Source: Azolla caroliniana (lineage: Eukaryota; Plantae; Polypodiophyta). From it: 64,000 nucleotides of DNA. Made by a program: the position numbers and the translations under genes. The notes beneath the pieces are model-generated. The model made no database searches, was not told the DNA's origin, and worked only from the letters and a program-made list of their open reading frames with translations. Below, in pieces: positions 29,601 to 41,285 of this stretch. The DNA is taken from NCBI GenBank assembly GCA_043228905.1, contig JBHGNT010000013.1, positions 15,686,001 through 15,750,000 on the forward strand, given 5' to 3'. How positions within the stretch are numbered: position 1 is the stretch's first letter; every line of letters begins with the position of its first letter.

Positions 29601-30649
29601 GACCTTGGCTGACCTAATGCAAAGTAATGAAAACATAGGTCTCAGGTGTGACTCCTTTGTTTATCTGTCATCTTTAAGGAACAGGAATACTTGGATATAG
29701 GGCTTGCCTTTTCCATGTGTTTGGGAGGCGTTCATGGATATCCTCAATTTTAAGGGACAAAAAAGCTAAACACAATGCAACCTGCCAAATGGGACTTTCA
29801 GGATTTACAGCCTCTTCTCTAACTCCATCTCTGACTAGTTAAATGCTTTGAAAACATGAGGAATCTTAGAGAATCTCTTTACCATGAATGATAGAGAGAT
29901 AAATGGAAAGAGAGACAGAGAGAACACCCAGAAATAAACACAATCGTTGTATGAACGAGCTTGAAAATCTTGATACAACAAACTAGGTGAAATGATTCTA
30001 GATCAAGGTATTATTAATATTTTTCTATTCAATTCTCTCAACCCACTAACTCTAAACCGATTTGGTATTCCTATTCTCATTCTGGTTTGCATGTATAGCT
30101 ATTACTTTATCTATAGGAATGGAAAGAATTTCAAAAGGTTGCAGATGAGCCAGAACAGCATACCTGTAATTTACTTTAGGGTTTCGTCCTCCAATGCTAG
30201 TATTTTTTCTAATAACTTGTTTTGTAAAGGCTATTGTGAGGTAATTAGAGGACATCAAAGTCTGTAAAAATGTCTTTGCTTCATTCTGATTGTTCACATT
30301 CATGTTATTCTATTGTGCAAGATGGTTGATCTAGAGATGTGTACTGGGCTAATTTAGTATCGGCTGATTTACTTTAATCAGCAATTGTAAATTGTGGATA
30401 TCATCCTTCATTTTCTTAAAGTTTTGGCTGTCCTTAATATGAAGTCCTATTTTAGAAGGAATAAGGGTGTCAATTTAACAACATTCATGCTCGTGATTTG
30501 TTTTTTCTTTTATGTTCCAGCATGATATTAATTGCTTTGTTTTTGTTTCTTTACAGGCCCAACTGGCTAATTATAACCAATTAGTAGATCATTATTCATC
30601 TAAGCATCCTAAGGAATCCGTTCCTGCACCTCCTGCAGGATCTTCGTAG
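26642..30649 (+). CDS. Small C2H2 zinc-finger protein, SERF(4F5)/ZNF706-like, 71 aa
   Basis: Exon 1 26642-26764 encodes MTRGKQKIEAQKKNAERNQKSKGSQLDARAAALKTVCPVCK. Exon 2 30557-30649 encodes AQLANYNQLVDHYSSKHPKESVPAPPAGSS. The CxxC...HxxxxH finger is completed across a 3.8-kb GT-AG intron. Confidence 0.88.
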
Positions 30650-32234
30650 CCTCTCTACTACAATGGTGACTGACTCCACCTTAACATGAGTAAGAAAGAC
30701 GAATCATGGACTGCTATAATAATCATATATGATTTGGTGTGTATTATTTTGTAAAAATTCTATAACATGATGTTGGAATGGTGTCTTGGTTCTACTTGGA
30801 AGCTACATACATGTGTGGCTGTATTCTGTAGTTGGTGACTGGATCACTGTACTCGTGATTCGCGGCATAATAATGATGGTGATGGTGACAATGATATAAC
30901 TGTGATGCGTCATAGACCTGAATCAAGTAGTTGCAAGGCTAGCTAGTGGTATTGCATATTGTCTACTTTTGTTTGTATTGCTGGAATTGAATCACATTAT
31001 AGAGGAATGTCTTTCTTCACGTTCCTCATGTCTAATATGTTGAACTAGAGCTTTGAATTGTGTACGTGTTTTCATTTACAAATAAATACAATAGTCAAAA
31101 TGATGCTCAGCAGAAATTTGAAATGGCAACTTTTGTTGGAATGTGCATGAGGATTATACAATTCACCATGAAAATTAGATGCTTTTGTTTACTTAAGGAT
31201 GTATAACTTATTCCTTGCAATGTACGATTAATAATAGTAATAGCAGAACATTTCTAATTTATGTAGTCTTGTATTTATTGTTTATTCAACGAACAACTCT
31301 TTTTTCTCTGTTGCATTTGTTCTCCAACAATCGATTTATTATGTATGGCATCGGTACTCAAGAAGCTTCATACCCCAGATTATTTAGAAAGCTTCAAGTA
31401 CGTATGGTGGTTACGATGAACATAACAATAGACACACAATAGGAACCTATGATGCATAAGTCATTGCTACACCATATTCATGATTGAAATTTCTAAATGT
31501 AATACATAAAGCCAATGCTTTCACTTTTTGTTGTTGTTTGTCTCTTGCATTTTGTGCTGTAGCTATGTTTTTTAAGATGGTTGTTATTTACATGTACACT
31601 TAGTCCATGCTTACTAAACGTATTCCTTTCTATGTATTTATCATTAGTTAGCCGATGGATGACTACCTAGGTGAAACACTAGACCAATTTAAGGCACATA
31701 CAAATAAGAACTATAAACAAAATAGCCTTGGTAGAGTAATGGAGTTGGTCATTGCATGCAAATGGAATGTCAATGGTGAAGCCATGCTTTGAACTATAAG
31801 GCTAAGATGGTTTGTGAAAATCTTGTGAGAGCATGAATTCGAACCTAGAACCTAATGCAATTAACTAAGGGTTGAAAACCCATGCATGTACTTGGTTATT
31901 GTTTGATGGGTTTACACTCTAATGTATGTTTGATGAGCCACCTTCGGGGATGCCATGTTGGCTTCCTAACAAGGAGCAAATCACTCACGCGTGTAAATCA
32001 TTCCCCATGCACACACGTGCAAATACACACACACATCGCTTCGGCGAATCGTTGGCTCGTGAACAACAAAGAACAAATGATATTCTCAAGTGTATTTACA
32101 TGTGTAAATAATCATCATCGTCCATTCACACACATAGCTAGGACGTAAAATGTGTTCCATTCGAGGCAAGCCATCTTGTTGCCCAAAACCACTGTGTGTC
32201 CGGCCTGACACAGTGTGAAACGGGGATGGAGGAC

Positions 32235-32242
32235 TAGGGTTT
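32235..32242 (-). promoter_or_regulatory. Telo-box (AAACCCTA) upstream of RACK1
   Basis: TAGGGTTT at 32235-32242, with a site-II-like GCCCA at 32181. Both are typical of plant translation-machinery promoters. Confidence 0.55.
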
Positions 32243-32347
32243 TTGAAATGGTAATGAGACCAAATATTTCTCATTCTCAAATTTTGCAGTCTTCTACCTC
32301 TTCTTCTTCATCATTTTTGTGTCCTCGCATAGCTCCGATCGGCAGCT

Positions 32348-33778
32348 ATGGCGGAAACCCTAACTCTGAGAGCAACACTCAAAGGTCACAGCGATTGGGT
32401 CACCTCCATCGCCTGCCCCATTGTCGACACCGATATGATTGTCTCTGCTTCTCGAGACAAGTCTTTGGTCGTCTGGTCCTTAACCAGAGACGAGACCTTC
32501 GGCGTCACCAAGAGGCGTCTCACTGGCCATGGACACTTTGTCCAGGATGTCGTCATTTCTTCAGATGGGCAATTCGCTCTCTCGGGAAGCTGGGATGGAG
32601 AGCTTCGTCTCTGGGATCTAAACTCCGGAGCAACGACTCGTCGTTTCGTTGGACACTCCAAAGACGTGCTCAGTGTTGCCTTCTCTGCTGACAACCGTCA
32701 GATCGTTTCTGCTTCCAGAGATCGATCCATTAAGCTATGGAACACTCTTGGTGAATGCAAGTATACGATTCAAGACGGCGATGCTCACACAGGCTGGGTC
32801 TCCTGTGTTAGGTTTTCTCCTGCCACTGCGAACCCTATCATTGTTTCTGGATCGTGGGACAGATCTGTGAAGGTATGGAACCTCACGAACTGCAAGCTTC
32901 GCACTAACCTTGTTGGACACACTGGCTACGTCAACAGTGTGACTGTCTCTCCTGATGGATCTCTGTGTGCAAGTGGAGGAAAAGATGGTGTGGCCATGCT
33001 ATGGGATCTTGCCGAGGGGAAACGGCTTTACTCTCTTGATGCTGGGAATGTCATCCATTCTCTTTGTTTCAGTCCGAATAGGTACTGGCTGTGTGCTGCT
33101 ACCGAGTCTTGTATCAAGATCTGGGACTTGGAAAGCAAGAGTGTTGTTGAAGAATTGCGTCCCGAGTTCACCAGTGTTGGAAAGCGCTCCCAGGTATTAC
33201 CTTAACACTTTCATCAGTAATCGAACATGCATTTAGATTTTGTAGTTTAGTTTTATTCTACACGTTGTAACATTTCAATTTTGTACATATGCATTGATAA
33301 ATTCATGGATGGACTTCTTTCAAAGGTTTTGTAGCCTCTTATTTCCTAGTAAGCCATCGAATTTTTGGATCCTTTCTGGGGCAGGAGATTTCTGTTATTT
33401 CAGAAGCTTGTAGTAATCCCAAGTTAATGTACAATTGTGTTCACAGCTTATGCATTGGTATATACTATATAGTCTCATGTGCCAAACTTGTAATGTTGTT
33501 CCTGACCAAAGTGATAGGCTGTGCTGGTAGATGGAATGGCTTTGTTTCTTTATACGCTATTATGAGAATAAACTAAATCAGTAACTCTGTAGTTCATCTA
33601 TATTTATTAAAGTCAATCATTTCTATTTTTGATGCGACCATTAATCCTATTTCCTTGAATCTTACTACCTTTTCAGGTACCATACTGTGTGAGCTTAAAC
33701 TGGAGTGCAGATGGAAACACTTTGTTTTCTGGATACACTGATGGTGCCATCAGAGTCTGGACTGTTGGTAGGATTTGA
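32348..33778 (+). CDS. RACK1: Receptor for activated C kinase 1 (WD40, 40S ribosomal protein), 315 aa
   Basis: Exons 32348-33193 and 33677-33778. Diagnostic sequences [34 protein letters not shown] and [21 protein letters not shown]. Confidence 0.98.
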
Positions 33779-35425
33779 GATGAAGGTTTCTGTTAGTTAC
33801 CCTTTGTAGTTCTTCCTCGCTTTGTTCGAGGGCCTTTCCAGAGTTTGTTTTGCCTTCCATATCCAAATTGGACAAAGAAAGAAAACTTATGTTTTTTGTT
33901 TGAAATTGAGATTGCATTGATGTATTTTGAGATCTAATAGTGAAGAAGCTTATGTGAATTTCCAATTATTTTCACTGGAAATTATTGGAAACAGAAGTAA
34001 TCGTTACCCATTTGCTTCAATCAAAACTGTTATTAAGTGATGGAAACTCATCTACTTATGAAAATATCGGGTAAAGTTTTGGTCTTCATTATCTCTTAAT
34101 GGTATCTTTCTCTATTGTGATTATCACTCGTACACATTTATAACACTTGTTACTTGAAATAGTAATGTTACTAAAGAAAAAAATATATCAAATTATGCAG
34201 AATAAATAGTTCAGGTGATATTATAACTGGGCAATTGGATAATAATTAATACATGATAGTCCTCAATGATGGATATTTATAAGGTAATATGTGATGTTTT
34301 AATTAATGCAAAGGTAACTGTGTGGTCAGTACTGAACTAGGTAATACTCGATGTTGGAAGGCACTGAACTTAGTAATCAGATTGATATATTTCAAAAGCC
34401 TTCAACGTTAGAAAGTATGGTCAGTACTCCTATGCATCAAAAGCAAGTACAGTCAGTACTCCAATGCATCAAAAACAGCAATGACCTGTTTCTTTGCAAA
34501 GCTCGGACCTATAAAACATGAGTTATGAGATCCAGTTTCCAGGGATGCAATAATTGCCATGGAACTCCAATTCTGAAGAAAAATCATTTCCTGATTAGTC
34601 GATGCTCTTGCAGATGTGTTGTAGTTTCTGGTTAAATGTAGGAGCTGGAAATCTAACAAATGGTCTGCAACTCAAGGATGAACGCTCATCCATCACACAC
34701 CTGTCTGCTAGAGTCCTTTACCAACTGCCAAATGTGACAATCTCTGCCAAAGCCTAAATGTAGCACACATGTAAATTCATTTTTTCTTTAACTCTTGCAG
34801 AACATAAGCTTTGAAGTTCAAACAATTCCTGATATATTTGCTAAAGTAAGTAATCTTAGATATTTCAAGGAATTATTAAAAAGATTCAATAAATATATAA
34901 TGTCTGTCGTCTTTCTGAAAGACTTCAAAATTTTCGGCATATTATGGTTCTTCTTGGTATGTGTCACCAACTTTTTGTTGTGTGCCATCAAACCATTGCA
35001 ATTTCCAACGAATCCTCTCATTGTTCTTTTTGTTTGCAAAATTTGTCATCACATGCCACAAATTTGCTACAATCAGATATATTTATCAGTTTATTACTTC
35101 TTCTGCATATGGTAACTTTTTTTCTTTGGTTGTTCAGATTCTGAAATGACTTCGCATTCATGAGATATGATGCTTACGAATGTAGGGATTTACCTTCTCA
35201 CTCTTTATATTACATGCATCAACCAGTCCTTAGTTCCTTGATGGTTGAGCTGTGAGAAATAGAATGAATTTTCCTCCAGGAATGACAGAAAAGACCAGTA
35301 TATAGTTTCTTCTTTGGGAACTTTGATAGATGTTTATCACGAAGTACACATTCGAAGTAAAAACAATTTTTTCGAAAATTAATATTATTTTAATAATACC
35401 AATAATGGAAATAACAACATACGCA

Positions 35426-38400
35426 TCAATGTAAAAGAAGAACTTTGCCACCTCTCCCACTCCTTTGGGATTGGATAATGGCCTGCTTTATATCAGTCAA
35501 ATTAAATTTCTGACCCACTAGAGGAGAAAGTATCTTCTTATCAATTAGCGTTGGCATATCTTCCAAGAGGTTTTGTTTCTTTGCTTTATCATTCAAAAAT
35601 TGTGTCAAACTCCAGAAAGTAACACTAACTTTCCTCCTTAAGTCAGAGACACTAACAACAACATCAGGTGACAACATCGTCCCATACACATACACATCAC
35701 CAAAATCTCGTACACATGCTGCTGCAACCTGCTAACATCCAAATTTTAATATAGCCAGCAAAGCAAAGACATGCCTAGATCTTGTATAGTTAGAGAAAGA
35801 TCAAAGAAATATTTAGTGAGTGAATAACCTTAGTTGAATTCCCAGACAGCATATCAATAGCTGCATATGCACCTTTTCCTTGTGTTATCTCAAAGACTTT
35901 GGTTGCAATATCTGGCACAAAAAGAACATTACTTCAGATTTATCAAGGGACGGATGGCAACTGATGAAGCACCAAAAAATCACAAAGACCAATATGCAAA
36001 AGTAATCACAGTCAGACAGAAACAAAAAGTATCAAATTTCTCTACTGGGTAAATGAATGGCTGTTTTGATTCACCTCCCACAACCATTTCTGTATACCTT
36101 TTAATTAGGAAGAATAAATAAGATGTAACCATACCCTTCAAGCAAGAATGTACCAAGTGTCTCAAAACAAATTGAAGGTAGCATGAACGTCAACATAGAT
36201 TGCTCAAGAATATGCAATTGCTGGATCTTTGTGAATTCTTCGTTCCCATTCAAAGAAGTGTTCATCTTTCAACCAGTGGACATCACTGATCTGCTGATTA
36301 GAATCAAAACTGCTAGAATTCTGCTTTCTAGTCTATTCAACTTATTTCATCAAATCTATATCTTATGATTGCCCCTTCCTTCAATCTCTGTTGATGAGGG
36401 TGCACTTGTCATTTATCATCTACCTTAGCAAGCACATCATTTGTTGACCAGATCTTTCTCTTTGAACTGCTTCATAGCCTTCAATTATAATTTTTTTATC
36501 AAATATGATGGTCTGTTCTAAGGTATATGATCTCCACCATATTTCAAGATACTGATTACATCCATCTGCATCCATTCAATTTAATTTCCCTAACCACAGC
36601 AAAGATAGTCATTCTACGTCTAAAAACTATGGAAAGATTATGGCAACATCAGATCCATAAACACAACTTCAGAACAAAGTTACCCTATTGTTGTCATCAA
36701 TAGGCAAAGGTTTAATCGACTGAGTCATAATCTATAGGAACTCTATCCAAATCATCTTCTTCCACATTAGTTCTACATGGCCTGTGACTCTTGAGTTTGC
36801 CCTTGCCAGGTTTAGTATGAAGCAGCTTGAGATAACTCTTCTGATATCCGACCTCTCCTACCTCGTCTGAATCACTTCTGTCGAATCAACTTCCTTCTCT
36901 TTTTTATACCCAATTTTTTTACTGTGAATGTTTTATCTTCGAGCCATTCTTCATACTGAAAAGTTTTCAAAATGCATCCATAGATTAATAGAGCTAATTC
37001 AGCATTTACAAGGATAGATACAGTCCGAACCTTCATTTGTACTGTTTATAACCTCATCTGCACCTAATTCATGAAGTTCCTCTCTCCATTCGTCTCTACG
37101 TATGACACTAATTGTTTTGATTCCCCAATGCTTTCCCAATTGAATTATTAACCTGTAAAAGACATTATCAGAGTGAATGTATCCTGCCTGAAAGAGAAGA
37201 TGTACAAGCTACCTTACTAAAGCCCAAACCTGAGTTGCAACAATTGGTTTCATTTACCTTGTGGGCATATTAATACCACTAAACTGAATTATGACAAGTT
37301 ATGACTATCAAATCTACCTCACAAGGTCTCACATTCACAGATACGTCAAATAATGTCAACCATAAGCTAATACCATGGATTTTTGGATCCTACCTGTAGT
37401 TAATAATACAGCGATAAATCTTCACCACATATAGACGAGGGTTATGATTTCTAGACTCCCATTCTGTGATGTGTAAAACATTAAAATGTTATTACCTGCC
37501 TATAACAGAACCACCGGCAGTCTGCAGCAGATACTCACCCTTGGGGATTGCGAGATCCCGTAATAATCCATAAACAGTCCACGGGCTGATTATAAACAGA
37601 CTTGCAGTTTCATTTGGTACACTTTCAGGAATAGAAACTAGGTCTTCCTCTGCCACTTCAATAAAGTCTTGCCAAGACCCTTGTCCTTTGTGGACTAGGT
37701 AGTTCCAATAAATGACAGGTACAACTCTTTCACCCTTTTTAAATGATAATACGCCTTCACCAACCTGAAAAGAAAACAAACTAAATAAGGATAATCTACT
37801 TTTAAACTTCAATATGGCATTGCTAGCTTGATTGTTCAATAATCTTTCTTTCAAAAATATCCAAATATAACTATGAACCAGAGACTGAAAACGTCAAAAA
37901 CTGATCAGAATTCCATCTCCACAAACTGAGCATTAACAGTTTGTTGTACCAGAGACTTCGCATTAACACTTTCATATCCTAAACTTGACATGAGTAGACC
38001 AAAATCCAGATTTCACTTTTGCAGCAATTTCTTAATATTTCATTCAGAAGATCTAACTTTCCATTTTTCAGAAACTAGAAACAGGTGATTGTGTGGAAAC
38101 AAGCTCCAATAACACAATTCATCAATAAGTGAGACATGCCAATTGCAGGAACATAGAGATAGATCAATAAGCAAAGTAGCATTTGACTCTGACATCTGGT
38201 TATATCTTTCAGACCTACCTCGCAAGGTCTCACATTCACATCTACAACAAGCTATATCAACCAAAATCTCCTAACATAGACTTTCCATGTTTCATGTGAG
38301 GAGAATTAGATGTTTTTATCCAATAACACTGATTAGACATGCTTTTTTAGAGCTATCAAAGAAAGCTAAGTATATAGGCACAGTATCGCATGGGAAATGC

Positions 38401-38847
38401 TGACTCTTGAACCTGCTTCTAATTATGTCTCTCAGATATGTCTCAAAAGGTGTCAGATTTGGCATTTACTTCTAGTTATGTCAATATCAAAAACTTTGAA
38501 CCGTAGATTTTCCATGTTTAATGTAGATCCAATTAACACAGTAATACACCAACGGTTTAGAACGTGCTATAGAAGGAAATCAGCAGCTAAACAAGCTCAA
38601 CCTCATGGACGATGCCGACTCCTTCTGAGCCAGGAATAGCTCCTGTTTCTTTGAATGAAGAAAGGCGAGATTCTTTAATAAAAGCTATGTCAACAGGATT
38701 AATGGCACTGATGATCATTCGAACGATGACATGGTGAGGAGAAGGTAGTGGAACAGGTTTGTGCAGAAGCTCCAGGACATCCTCAGGTCTCTCCTCCTCG
38801 CCGACAAAGAATCGTGTCTGCTGCACGGCCCTCCCCGAGAGATCCAT
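35426..38847 (-). CDS. Zinc-free MDR-superfamily NADPH oxidoreductase (quinone reductase / enoyl-thioester-reductase-like), 340 aa
   Basis: Exons 38847-38602, 37764-37496, 37152-37031, 35911-35829, 35728-35426, with consistent phases. Motifs SAINPVD, PGSEGVG, QTAGGSVIGR, ELGADEVIN, GRGGKVLL. Confidence 0.92.
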
Positions 38848-39159
38848 GGCTCACAGAAACCTTACTTCTCCGCCAGAATCCGTAGATCCCTTATCAATGT
38901 GTAAACAATTGTCTCTCATTAAGCGATTGTTTACAAATCAGGTCTATTGATAGGTTATGTTAATTACTAGTTTCTCTTATATCGTAGTCAGCACGGGTCT
39001 TACCTTAATCAATCAAATCAGTGTTAATTTAGTTCTTATGCTCTTAATTTGCAATAGATGAGAGGATTTACCAATATTGTTCATGTTTCGATTTAGAAAA
39101 TGGTTTATAGAAATAAAATCGATTAATTATTGAGCTAATTTGAAGGAGCTTCTAGTATA

Positions 39160-39372
39160 TGTCACATTCCATAAAACATCATTCAATTCATTGCCCTTAA
39201 CAATAAATCCATTTCAACACTAAATATATATGATGCCCTTTAAACACATAATTAATCATCACTTTCATGCAATTAGGAGCCTTACAATTGGTTAAGCATT
39301 TTCTAGAAATAAGCATAAATTCCTAATTATTGTACTTTATAAGCATGTTTCAACAATCCCCCTCTTTAAAAA
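39160..39372 (-). mobile_element. Copia-like polypurine tract plus LTR fragment
   Basis: The minus strand reads AAAGAGGGGGAT-TGTTGAAA, the typical copia PPT/3'-LTR junction, followed by AT-rich LTR-like sequence. The distal end is uncertain. Confidence 0.45.
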
Positions 39373-39420
39373 CATATGCTTTTATAACCATCGATTGAAT
39401 TTGTAAAAAGCCGTTTATTT

Positions 39421-39620
39421 AGATCAATTTACAAGGCCCATTTGTAATCTATGATCAAGTCAACAATGTTGCATTTCGTTTGGACTTGCCTTCACATATG
39501 CATCTGCATTTAGTATTTTATGTGTCATTGTTAGAGCCATGAACATCAATTTCTATTCCAAACCAAGTTGTTCCACCACCACCTCCACTTCAACTCACTA
39601 AAGGACCAAAATTTGGGGCT
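39421..39620 (+). mobile_element. Ty3/gypsy integrase C-terminal remnant
   Basis: Translation gives GPF...NVAFRLDLPSHMHLHLVFYVSLLEP, the GPY/F-domain tail of gypsy/chromovirus integrases. Confidence 0.7.
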
Positions 39621-40780
39621 AGTCTTTAGAGCTCTAGTCATATTGATCATTGGATAATACAAATTATTGTCTTCTTGTCTTGAGAATCGATATCATCTTC
39701 TTAGCTTTAGTCATGATAGTTTGAGTTGGAATGGTTCAACAATGTACAAATCTTCCACTTATACGGTATATATGGGATCACAAATTATTGCCACTTGGCA
39801 TATATGTTGTGTGTCACTTGTTGATTAACCATTGTACCATTGTGTATAGTGTCACATAATTTGAAATTTATAATTTCTATTGGTATTTTATGACAATGCA
39901 TCATTTCCAATTTATTTTTGAAGTCTTCAGGTATTGGAAGCTATGGTTCGATTGAACTATATGAAATGCCTTCACTTTTGATTGGCAAGTTGGGGGAAGA
40001 AAATATGTTATAAACTTAAAATAGCTTTTTTTTTGGCAATCAACATCACTAGAGATATGAAATCTCAACCATGAAAGTAGCCAACTCTGCAAGGTCACAT
40101 GTCATCATATTCGACATCTAAATTGAAGTGTAAGATGGGATTGGGTTCATAATAGTTGTAGTATTTAGCCCCTTGGAGTTTTTTTATACTCTCTTGTCAA
40201 GTTAGTGGTGATGGAATTTTTTTTCTTTCAAAATGAAAGGCATTATTTATGACAAAAGAGAGACTATTTATGCATGGGAAATAAGAAGCTTGGTCGTTTC
40301 ATATCAGACTAAAACAATTCGAATAAATCATGATTCCTATGCTATATCATGATTCCGAGGGAGACCATTGAGAAGTCAACAACCTCAAGGTGGTTCACAT
40401 TCGAGAAGGGGAAGGAAAGATCGTGCCTTACTTGGGTGGCAGAGAGGGTCATATTTGTACTCCAAAAAGACTTAGATGGGTATCTCAAAAATGCGGAGAA
40501 GGCATTTCTCAAACTCCACATGACCATTGAAACAAGGATCTTGATGCGCCACTTATGTATAGAAACCCATGCCGTTATTTCCAGACCTCCATTGCCATTT
40601 GGACATTTTTGACGATTACAAAATGCCATTGTTTTTTGTGCTTGATATGGGGTACAAAGACACATCGGACGATTAAAAGGCCGATACATATAAAGGCAGT
40701 TGTCCGCGATCGGAAACTTGAGAGGGGGAGGTTGACATAGGAGGAGGGATGGATCAGGTGGATTTGTAGGGTGGCAAGGC

Positions 40781-40812
<32 letters not shown>

Positions 40813-41126
40813 GTATACATATGTTTTGCCATTTGCGATTGATAGGTCTTTGAATGACACAGGTGCACAACGATCGATCGATACATCAGGGGGGAGGTAC
40901 CAACCCTTCCAACACTTCATGTCCGTTTAAACCGTGAAACCGCTAGGCCGCGGTTTCGCGGCTCAAACCGAACCGTTGCCTATATGGCTAGGGAGCAGGA
41001 AGCATAATATATGATGGATTGATGAGAAAGAAGCGCGCGAGAAAAGAATGTAAATTTTTTTTTTGTTCTTTTCTTTTCTTTTCAGAGCAATTCTTCTCAG
41101 ACAAGTGAGAAGGATCAGGAACAGAG

Positions 41127-41157
41127 CACATGTGTCAGGTTGCATGGCATCCATGCA
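41127..41157 (+). promoter_or_regulatory. Inverted pair of RY motifs plus an E-box upstream of the vicilin-like gene
   Basis: TGCATGG-CAT-CCATGCA (41141-41157) is a perfect inverted repeat of RY cores. CACATGTGTC is at 41127-41136. Confidence 0.55.
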
Positions 41158-41285
41158 GCAATTGGAGATGGTGGCGATGGCGATGGGGTTCTTCAGCCAT
41201 CTCATCATCATCTACAAAAAGAGAAGGAGGCTCCTCATCCTTTGAAGCTTAACTCAGGTCGATCCTTTTCCTGTGTCTCTCTGCC

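Noticed and set aside
33194-33676. Possible intronic snoRNA in RACK1 (as in yeast and vertebrate orthologs)
   Set aside because: No convincing C (RTGATGA) and D (CTGA) box pair with a terminal stem was seen.
40342-40920. 192-aa minus-strand ORF
   Set aside because: It runs through an (AT)n microsatellite and has only a vague LINE-like tail. Not supported as a gene.
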